From contig CM075993.1 of NCBI GenBank assembly GCA_038087875.1, forward strand, positions 12,216,001-12,280,000: a DNA stretch of 64,000 bases, given 5' to 3'. How positions within the stretch are numbered: position 1 is the first letter of the stretch; each line of letters opens with the position of its first letter. The stretch comes from Malacoraja senta (lineage: Eukaryota). This document shows, one piece after another, positions 54,677 to 64,000 of this stretch. The notes beneath the pieces are model-generated. The model was not told the DNA's origin and made no database searches. It saw nothing but the letters and a program-made list of their open reading frames with translations. A program made the position numbers and the translations under genes.

Positions 54677-55874
54677 ATTTGCATCAGCTTCTACGACCTT
54701 ACACGACTATGCCTACGGCCTCCTACGACTATGTTGAAGACCTCCCATAACTATGTTGAAGACCTCCCACGACTATGAAGAAGACCTGCTTCAACTGTTG
54801 AAGACTGGCATCGACCATGTACGTTTTACTGCTGTTTGCAGTAGCCCTTTTGCTTCAGCAGCCTTTTAAGAAAGGCAGAGGGGAAGAGCAAGGGTGAAGA
54901 GGAAGCACAAGAAGAGGTTTCAATGGGTGAATGGAGATGATGTGATGGACTGTCCCAGTACACCAGATGACTGGAAGAGAGTGGCGCTGGGCTTTGACAA
55001 AAGATGGAACTTTAAGCACACATGTGGGGCAATGCATGGCAAGCATGCAATTCTTGTCCCTGTCCCTGTACCCCTCATTTTCCTTTTCGTACAGGATGGC
55101 ATTCTGCTGGAACCATTCCTCAAGGTCCCCCTCCTGTTGCCTGGTGAAGGTGTAGGGCACAACCTTCCTCCAACCCTCCCTCACCACCAATGGGGCATCT
55201 GCCTCTGATGCTGTGTCAGACACAGGAGAAAGGGCTGCTTTGCTGCCTTCAAATGAGGCAGTGAAGGATGGGGTGGTGGTGGGGACATATACTACCATCC
55301 TGGTCTCCTCCTCCAGGGGTCTCTCATGCAGGGCTACCTCCTCCTGCACTATCACCTCCCGTGGCATCACCTCCTGCCACTCCTCCTGGGTGGGCAACAC
55401 CTGCATGGCAGGGTGTTTTGAGGGTTGTGCCCCCCCCTGCGCTGCTGCCTTTTAAGTGCCATCTCTAAAACACAAGTCTCCTCTTCAAAAAACTCTCCAG
55501 CGATGAATGAACATGCCTTGGAGCTAAAGAGGTGACCTTCTGCTGTTTAAATCACCTTTTTTTTCCACTGACCTTTTTTTCACCCCGGAGCTATTACCTT
55601 CGACTACCTTCGATCACCTTCGACTACCTGCGACTAGCATCACGACCAACTATGACCAGCTTCGACTAGACCTACGATTTTTCCCACGGCGACCTATTTT
55701 TAGTCGCGGTCAATTTTTAACATCTTGAAAAATATGCCGCGACCTAGCTGAAGCCTCGACTACGCGGAGACCACTCTCGACCATGAAGGCCTCCTACGAC
55801 CTCGTGGCGACCTTGCCCAAACCTAGAAACTTGCCAGAGGTCGCGGTGGAGGTTGCCCAAGTGGGACAGGGGCT
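54677..55874. mobile_element. Internally deleted PIF/Harbinger transposon (transposase and Myb/MADF-like remnants; left TIR missing)
   Basis: + strand CPSTPDDW..F..RWNFKHTCGAMHGKH; - strand EGDLEEWFQQNAILYEKENEGYRDRDK; right TIR AAGTGGGACAGG then TTA. Confidence 0.8.
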
Positions 55875-56451
55875 TTACAGAGCGCCAGAGACCCGGGTTC
55901 GATCCTGACCTCAGGTGCTGTTTGTACCCACATCCCAAAGACATGTAGGTTAGTAGCTCAAGATCAAAGGTTTGTAAGGCAGCACAGTGATGCAGTGATA
56001 GAGTATGTACCTCACAGCACCAGAGACCCGGGTTCGATCCTGACCTCGGGTACTGTCTATGTGGAGTTTACACACTCTCCCTGTGACCACGTAGGTTTCC
56101 CCCGGGTGCTCCGTTTTCTGGCCACTTCCCAAAGCTTTGTAGGTTAACTGGGCCCTCTGTAAATTGGCCCTAATGTGTAGGGAGTGGATGAGAAAGTGGG
56201 ATAACTTAGAACTAGTGTGATTGATGGTCAGTATGGACTCGATGGGCTGAGCAATCATAATGCTCAGAGTCTTTTTTCCAGGGTAGGAGAATCAAAAACT
56301 AGAGGGCACAGGTTTAAGGTGAGAGGGGCCAAGATTTAATAGGAGCCTGAGGGGCAAATGTATCTCAGAGGGTGCGGGGTGTATGCAATGAGCTGCCAGA
56401 GGAGGTGGTTGAGGCAGATGCCAGAGCAACTTTTAAAAGTCATTTGGACAA

Positions 56452-56638
56452 GGGGAGGGGGAGAGAGGGAGAGGGAGAGGGAGGGGGAGAGGGACAGGGA
56501 CAGGGAGAGGGAGAGGGAGGGGGAGGGGGAGGGGGAGGGGGGTGAGAGAGAGAGAGAGAGAGAAAATAAATAAATAAATAAATAAATAAAAAAGAGGAGG
56601 GAGGGAGGGAGAGAGAGAGACACACACACACACACACA
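56452..56638. repeat. Compound microsatellite: purine-rich (GA/GGGAGA)n, (AAAT)n, (CA)n
   Basis: Read directly. Confidence 0.9.
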
Positions 56639-57029
56639 TGGGCTAATGGGACTACCTTGGATAGGCATTTAGGCGGCATGGACAAGTTCGGCCAAAGGTC
56701 CAATTTCTGTGTTGTGTATGACTCGATGACTTAAACCCTCGGACTAATTACCAGCAGCTAATTAACGAGCCCACATATTGTTGGGATATGGGAGGAAACT
56801 GGAGGTCCCTGAGGGAATGCACACAGCCACAGAGGGAATATGCAAAGGCCAAGGAATATTGTCCCAGCCTGCTCAACCTCTCCCTCTTGCTCAGACCCTC
56901 GAGTCCTGACAACATCCTCGTAAATCTTCCCTGTACCTGTTCCACTTTGTCAAACGCTTTCTTCAAGTCCACATAGATAACATCTACCACATTGCCTTCA
57001 ACAACCTTCGAATAAGTGAGGAGGGCTGG

Positions 57030-57450
57030 ATCGGGGGAGGTGGGGATAGCATGGGGGATTGGAGTGGATGTGGTTGGGGAAGGGTCTTGGATCAGGTGGG
57101 GTCATTGGGGTAATGTGGGGGGGGGGAGGTGTTAGATTGGTGGAGCTGATGATGACCTATGGATGACTAGGATGGTTGGGATAAGGTTAGGAAGGGTATA
57201 ATGTTGTGGAGTTGGGTTGGGATGGGTGGGTTGTGTTGTGCTGTAGTTGGGGTAATGTAGGGTTGGGGGAGCTGTGGTGGACTTAGGTTATGGAAGTGTG
57301 TTGTGGCTGGGTTACAGTGAGGTGTGGTGTAGTTGGGTTGGGTGAGGTGTGGTGTAGCTGGGTTACAGTGAGGTGTGGTGTAGTTGGGTTGGGTGAGGTG
57401 TGGTGTATTTGGCTTGAGGTAGCGTAGGGATGGTGGGGGATGAGGAGGTA
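57030..57450. repeat. G/T-rich low-complexity region with tandem units
   Basis: Repeated GTGAGGTGTGGTGTAG(T/C)TGGGTT. Confidence 0.8.
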
Positions 57451-57762
57451 CTACCTGTAAATATCAGGTTAGAAAAAACGCCGTGACCTACTTGATGCCA
57501 CGAGTACCTACGACTAGCATCACGGCCTGCTACGACCTTCCTACAACCTCATGACAAGTATGAGTCAAGGGCAAACTCGGTAGAGGTCGTGAATTAGTTC
57601 GTGAAAGTGGGACAGGCCCTCAACAATGGCCTGTTTTCTTCATCATCGTTACTTTTTTGCATATCTTTCATTCATTCTTCTATATCTCTCTACATCATCG
57701 TCTATATCTGTCGTTTCCCCTTTCCCATGACTTTCAGTCTGAAGATGCTGCATGCTGAGTTA

Positions 57763-58163
57763 AGGGCCTGTCCCCTTTCATGAGTTATTCACGAATTCTC
57801 CCGAGTTTTCCCCTTGATTCGAACTCGCAGAATGTTCGTAACGAGTCCGTGGGAGTTCGTAGATATATCATAGCGGCTCGTTATCCCAGCCGTAGGCACT
57901 CATGGCATCAGGTAAGCCGGGACGTTTTTTTCCAGCCCGATAAAAAATGTCCACGAGTAAAAAAATGGTCGGGATGAAAGAAATTGCTGCTTTTTACTCG
58001 TAAGGAGGGCATCGAAATAGTCGTGGGAATTCGTAGGTGTTTCTTGAACATAGTCGTGGGAGGTCGTAGGAATTCATAGATTAACACGATCATGATTTAT
58101 TTTTTTAGGTCCTTTAAACTCAGCAGAGGTTTTGAGTTAAGTCGTGAAAGTGGAACAGGCCCT
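57763..58163. mobile_element. PIF/Harbinger MITE, TTA TSD (plus an orphan right end at about 57470-57620)
   Basis: AGGGCCTGTCCCCTTT and AAAGTGGAACAGGCCCT; TTA at 57760-57762 and 58164-58166. Confidence 0.85.
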
Positions 58164-58814
58164 TTACTCAAGCTATTTGTGTCTAACATTAAGCTGCCAG
58201 TCCTGCCCTACCTTAAGCCAGGTTTCAAAAATGGTTATAAAGTCCCAGACGTACATACCAAGCTATGTCCTTAGTTCATCTACCTTACCCATCAGGCCTC
58301 CAGCTTTCCTCCTTTCCTGCTGCACTCCTGTGTACTCGTCTTACCCTTCATTCTTCAACAGGAGTTTGCACACCTTCAACAATCACTATGATCCTTTTAA
58401 AACAATCTCACTTTCTCTTCTTTCAGCTATTCCATTATTCTTTTACAAGTTCCTGCCTAGCACTATTAAATGGAGAGGGAGAGGGTTGTGGAGTTACCTA
58501 AAATGGAGAATTCAACGTTCACGACCATTGGGTTGCAAGTTACCCAAGTGAATATGTTCCTCCAGTTTGTGTGTGGTCTCACTCTGACAATGGAGGAGGC
58601 CCAAGACAGAAAGGTCAGTATGAGGATGTGAAGAGGAGTTAAAATGGTAGTAAACTGGAGATTCAGCTATTCTGCCTTGACAAACCTTTTTAGTTTAGAG
58701 ATACAGTGTAGAAAAAGGCCCTTTTGCACACCGGCTCAGTGCTGACCAGCGATCCCTGCACACTAACATCATCCTACACACTAGGGACAATTTACAATTT
58801 TACCAATCAAGAAG

Positions 58815-59109
58815 AATCAAGTCAAGGGTGTTTTATTGTCATATGTCCCAGATAGAACAATGACATTCTTACTTGTTGCAGCACAACAGAATATGAACAT
58901 AATAAATAATATAACAAAAACTCAGAGAAAGAAAATGAACAAAAATAACAGTGCAATAATAAAAATAATAATATTCTATTGTAATTCATAGCTTATGAGG
59001 TTATAGTGTTTAATAGCCTGATGGCTGGAGGGAAGAAGCTGTTCCTGAACCTTGGCGTTACATTTCTCAGGCTCCTGTACCTTCTTCCCGATGGCAGTGG
59101 TGAGATGAG
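58815..59109 (-). mobile_element. Rex1/Babar LINE 3' end
   Basis: Minus-strand LPSGRRYRSL...RFRNSFFP, ending TGACAATAAAA; a similar tail fragment lies at about 4680-4790. Confidence 0.75.
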
Positions 59110-59365
59110 TGTTGTTTGTAAGTGATCCATTACAAAGTCTGGAGTGAACCATTAGTCCTTTATTAAGATCATAAAGAGAGAACGTTACACACAGTTGTGC
59201 TCATCACATCAGCTCACGTACTAACTGAAGTAGCATAACGACAGGCTGACAAAAGTACAGTACTCATGATGCCCAAAACCCAGACTGGATTATATGGTGG
59301 AATGTGTGACACTGGGCAGAATATATTGTAAAACACCAATATAGGGTGAATGCACTTTACTTATA

Positions 59366-59673
59366 GTTTAAGAAAGAACTGCAGATGCTGGAAAAATCGA
59401 AGGTGGACAAAAATGTTGGAGAAACTCAGCGGGTGAGGCACCCCAGTGGTATGAACATTGACTTCTTCAATTTCAGGTAGACCTTGCTTTCTCCCTCCTT
59501 CCCCTCCCCTTCCCAGCTCGCCCACAGCCTACTGCCTCCGCCTCTTCCTTTCATCTTCCCGCCCCCCCACCCCCACAGTCTGAAGAAGGGTCACGACCCG
59601 AAAACGTCACCTATTCCTTCCCTCCATAGATGCTGCCTCACCTGCTGAGTTTCTCCAGCATTTTTGTCCAACT
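59366..59673 (+). mobile_element. 308-bp Penelope-derived mini-element with a hammerhead-like motif, 15-bp TSD
   Basis: TGCACTTTACTTATA at 59351-59365 and 59674-59688; core CTGAAGA..GGGTCACGACCC..GAAA at about 59580-59604. Confidence 0.85.
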
Positions 59674-60149
59674 TGCACTTTACTTATACATCATGCTAGT
59701 GCGTAAAATAAAGCAAATCGTACACAGCTCAGACATAGCCGGTGAATTTTCCAATTTTCGGATTCAGCTTGCATACGGTAGTACCCGTCTTCTTTCTTCA
59801 CTGGAGATTAAACAGGAGAAGGTGCTTTCATTGACTGATGAACAAGGACCCTCACTGTTATTTATTGCCGGCGTTGTGGGCGAAAGCGGGGACTGTAGTC
59901 GCAGTGGCTGGAGCAGTGAGGCAACAGGCGAGGCAATCGGACTCGGGTCAGCCGGCGGGCGTGGAATCATGGGAGCAGTCCCGTTAGACCGTGAAGGAGT
60001 CACGGCCGGTTGGTCAGGGTATTGACATGGTGGCACTGGCTCGTTAACCGGATGGAGGTTCTGGTGGGTGCGTCTGTAGATGGCATTGTCAATACCGACC
60101 AGGTAGGTGCGTGGATCCTCAGTGGACCCCAGAACGACACCCTTTGGAC

Positions 60150-61315
60150 GATGTTTTTTTTGACGATGTAACTAGGAAAATGGACAAGGGAGAGCCAGTG
60201 GATGTAGTGTACCTGGACTTTCAGAAAGCATTTGATAAGGTCCCACATAGGAAATTAGTGGGCAAAATTAGGGCACATGGTATTGGGGGTAGACTGCTGA
60301 CATGGATTGAAAATTGATTGGCAGACAGGAAACAAAGAGTAGGGATTACCGGGTCCCTTTCAGAATGGCAGGCAGTGACTAATGGGGTACCGCAAGGGAC
60401 CGCAGCTATTTACAATATACATCAATGATTTAGATGAAGGGATTCAAAGTAACATTAGCAAATTTGCAGATGACACAAAGCTGTGTAGCAGTGTGAACAA
60501 TGAGGAGGATGCTATGAGAATGCAGGGTGACTTGGACAAGTTGGGTGAGTGGGCAGATGCATGGCAGATGCAGCTTGATGTGGATAAATGTGAGGTTATC
60601 CACTTTGGTAGCAAAAACAGGATGGCAGATTACTATCTAAATGGTGTCAAGTTGGGAAAAGGGGAAATACAATGGGATCTGGGGGTCCTTGTTCATCAGT
60701 CAATGAAAGTAAGCATGCACGTATAGCAGGCAGTGAAGAAAGCGAATGGCATGTTGGCCTTTATAACAAGAGGAGTTGAGTATAGGAGCAAAGAGGTCCT
60801 TCTGCAGTTGTATAGGGCCCTCGTGAGACCACACCTGGAATATTGTGTGCAGTTTTGGTCCCCTAATTTGAGGAAGGACATTCTTACTGTTGAGGGAGTG
60901 CAGCGTAGGTTTATAAGGTTAATCCCCGGGACGGCGGGACTGTCATATGCTGAGAGGGGATCTTATTGAAACATATAAGATTATTAAGGGTATGGACACG
61001 CTAGAGGCAGGAAACATGTTCCCGATGTTGGGGGAGTCCAGAACCAGGGGCCACAGTTTAAGAATAAGGGGTAAGCCATTTAGAATGGAGACGATGAAAC
61101 ACTTTTTCTCACAGAGAGTTGTGAGTCTGTGGAATTCTCTGCCTCAGAGGGCCATGGAGGCCAGTTCTCTGGATACTTTCAAGAGAGAGCTAGATAAGGC
61201 TCTTAAAAATAGCGCAGGGGATATGGGGAGAAGGCAGGAGCAGGGTACTGATTGGGGATGATCAGCTCGAAGGGCCAAATGGCCTACTCCTGCACCTATT
61301 GTTTATTGTCTATTG
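60150..61315 (+). mobile_element. CR1 LINE 3' fragment nested in the Gypsy remnant
   Basis: LDFQKAFD, FADD, LVRPHLEY; (CTATTGT) tail. Confidence 0.92.
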
Positions 61316-61574
61316 ACTGCAAATGGACGACGCCCTTTGGTAAGTGGCGGGAGCGGTGCGCTTGTCTTGTCGTAATGTTTCTTCTGAGCATCTCGGCGTT
61401 GCTGGAGCTGGGAGTGAACTGCTGTTGGCGCACAAACTTGTGGCTGTAACATCTGCTTGGCCATAGGTAGAGTAGTGCGAGTCTGCCAGAACGAGCTCTT
61501 TGCATCCAAGACTGAGAATACCGTGGCTTTTCCCAGATGTGCCGCAACTTCTTCCACCATTGAGTGGTGTGGAC

Positions 61575-62304
61575 GTTTGCACGTTCCCACTTAGGAAAAT
61601 CCGACCATACCGCGGTGCTGCTTCTTCCTGCATACAGGCAGTGACTGAAGAGCGCACTCCCAGAGGTGAGGACTGTATGGAGCTGGTCGGGGGAGGCAGA
61701 GGAACAACTACAGGACTGCTTGGAGTCTGTAGACTGGGTGATGTTCAAGGACTCGGCAACGGACCTAAATGAATTTGCCACAGTTGTTACAGACTTCATA
61801 AGGAAATGTGTGGAGGACTGCGTTCCAACAAAAACTTTCCGAGTGTTTCCTAACCAGAAGCCTTGGATGAACCATGAGAATTGCATTCTGCTGAAGACAA
61901 GATCCCGGGCATTCAGGTCTGGTGACGCAGAGGTCCATAAGAAGTCCAGATACGACCTTGACAAGGTCATCCAAAAGGCCAAAAGGGACTTACGCTCAAT
62001 GCTGGAGGATGGGGCGAATGTTCGGCAACTGTGGCAGGGCTTGAATGCCATCACCTCCTACAAGGCGAAATCAGGAGGCAGCTCAACCGACAGTGAAGCA
62101 TCACTCCCTGATGAGTTCAATACGTACTATGCACGCTTTGATAGGGAGAACACTGATGTGCCTCCCCGAACCCCCATATGCCCTGATGGTATTACAGTCA
62201 CAGTCACAGAGGCTGATGTCAGAAGATCCTTCAGGGGGGTGAACCCTCGGAAAGTGCCTGGACCTGATGGTATACCCGGTCAAGTTCTCAAAACCTTTGC
62301 AGAC
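61575..62304 (+). mobile_element. Rex1/Babar LINE fragment (EN end to RT start)
   Basis: LGKSDH, LQDCLESVDW, FPNQKPWM, RKVPGPDGIPG. Confidence 0.85.
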
Positions 62305-64000
62305 TGTAGATTAACCCTTATTAACCCATGCCATTTAAAATCTCAACTACACATATATGCTGGCCACCCATTACATGGTATTACAGTACTACACTAACAA
62401 GGACAGCCGGCTCTCAGAAGCCACGCTGAGCTGGGATTGAATGGCTGGCAGTTTGAATGTTCTGCATTACTTAAGGAATAAAGACTAATGTTTCACCATG
62501 TATGTTGTCGTGGATCATTTACAAACATGGTGTCAGAATCTTTGAGCCACGTCTCCAACTCTTTTGCCTGAATTTATTATTATTATTTTTTTTTACAACA
62601 GACCATCATGGCCGGATCGTTTCGTAAACCCGATCCTCTGATATTCGACAGTGAACTTGCCGAACGTTGGTGCATCTTCGTGGTGGAATTCCGAATTTTC
62701 AATGATGCTGCCCACCCTGGAGCTGCTCCCCATACTGTTGCATCAATTCTCCTCAACGTAGCGGGCACAGAGGCTGCCCTGCAGGCACAGGATTTCTATT
62801 ATGCCTCAAAACATACCGATGCGGTAACCCATGTTGTGACCCCGGCAGAGTCTATCAGAGACCCCACCTGCCTCCTCCGAAAGTTCAGAGACCTGTGCCA
62901 ACTTCGCACAAAAGTTATCGTGGAGCACCACAAATTATATCCCAAAGCTAACACGAGGCGGAGACGGTGGAATCCTACATTGTCGTCCTGAAGAGCATCG
63001 CTGCAAGATGCCACATCCAGGACCGTGATGTACTCATCCGCGGCAGACTCGTATATGGCATCCTGAATGACAAGGTGAGAAATGAACTACTCCGGGATGA
63101 GGAGCTTACACTGGCTAAAGCAGAATGTGCCTGCCGGGTTGTAGAGTTCACTGACACCAATACCAAATCCCTGGGACTGGGACCCCACTCTGCCTACGGT
63201 GTTCATGCTTTCTATAGGTCCCCGTGACAACCGTTAACAACCTTTTGACCTTAACCACCACCTACAGCCCCAGGGAGGGAAACCGACCCATTGGTCCATA
63301 ACTATTGTAATTGCGGCAGCTCACACCCGAAATTTTGTGAGCAATGCCTCGCTTACGGCAAAACCTGCCACTACTGTAAAAATACACTTTATTCAGTATT
63401 GCCGCACTCATGGTAACAGGGCCCAGCCACAACAATCTCTCTATGCGCTCGAGCCCACACTTTCCCACGAGGCACTGACTGAAATAGCAGCACCAGCAGA
63501 GCAACAACCGCAACATCTGCAAGAAGACAGCCAAAATATACATTCATGTATAGCCGACTCACCATATACCTGACTCAACAGTGATCCCATGACAACGCTC
63601 AGTACCAACAATACCAAAGTCGCTACAAAGATAGATACTGGGGCATGGTGCAACGTTCTATCCTTATTGGACTTCCAAAGAATTCACAACAATGAAACTG
63701 TCATGAAAACAAACTCCAAGTTACATCCATTTGGTGGGGGGGAGTTGCAACCGGTTGGTAAAGTCATACTCCAATGCCATCTAGCATCCCAAGTTTAAAA
63801 TCTGGATTTTTTCATCGTTAAAGGGGAAGTGCCCCTCCTTCTGGGCATCAATGCATGCCATGATGTGGGTCTAGTCACCTTCGGCAAAACTGTGTACCAA
63901 CTATCTACCTCTCAGAGTTCACCCAACAACTGCTCACACTATACACAGACCTTTTTGACAACCAGCTGGGCAAGCGTCCCACAGAATACATTATTGTAAC
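62305..64000 (+). mobile_element. Gypsy LTR retrotransposon 5' part: 223-bp LTR (62305-62527), tRNA-Leu PBS, degenerate gag and protease; continues past the window
   Basis: TG...CA LTR containing AATAAA; PBS TGGTGTCAGAA 62528-62538; gag MAGSFRKPDPL from 62608; protease KIDTGA. Confidence 0.9.

Larger units (their letters stand above)
59113..61575 (-). mobile_element. Gypsy LTR retrotransposon remnant (3' LTR, integrase C-terminus, RT fragment) with nested inserts
   Basis: FSVLDAKSSFWQ joined to QKKHYDK..LPPL..G and PRTYLV..YRR; LTR end resembles that of the element at 62305. Confidence 0.75.

Noticed and set aside
54690..54800. Short spaced repeats (ACGACTATG..GAAGACCT) resembling an array
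   Set aside because: Subterminal repeats of the Harbinger element; no unique spacers, eukaryotic context, not CRISPR

Overview
Eukaryotic vertebrate genomic DNA, most likely a skate or ray (inferred from HE1-type V-SINEs, HER1/CR1 LINEs and Neptune-type Penelope repeats), with one 200-N scaffold gap at 1049-1248. The only host gene is the 3' two-thirds of an alpha-tropomyosin gene (best fit TPM1) on the + strand. Exons 3, 4, 5, 6a, 6b, 7, 8, 9a, 9b, 9c and 9d can be read. Every acceptor is AG, every internal donor is GT, and the internal exons have the conserved tropomyosin lengths (134, 118, 71, 76, 76, 63, 70, 79 bp). Most of the rest is transposable elements, often nested: many CR1 copies (two apparently full length), HE1 SINEs, Penelope-like elements whose terminal repeats carry a minimal hammerhead-ribozyme core, a 1.6-kb Passport-like Tc1 transposon, PIF/Harbinger derivatives, Rex1 fragments, an L2 tail and two related Gypsy LTR elements. 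I see no prokaryotic-style novel system. The best leads are hammerhead-bearing Penelope mini-elements with long TSDs, repeated Harbinger targeting of one SINE site, a chimeric CR1, a GC-rich non-autonomous retroelement family, loss of tropomyosin Cys190, and an exon 9b frame that would add a hydrophobic tail. Family names and homologue comparisons come from memory, not database searches. Repeat boundaries without a stated TSD are approximate.
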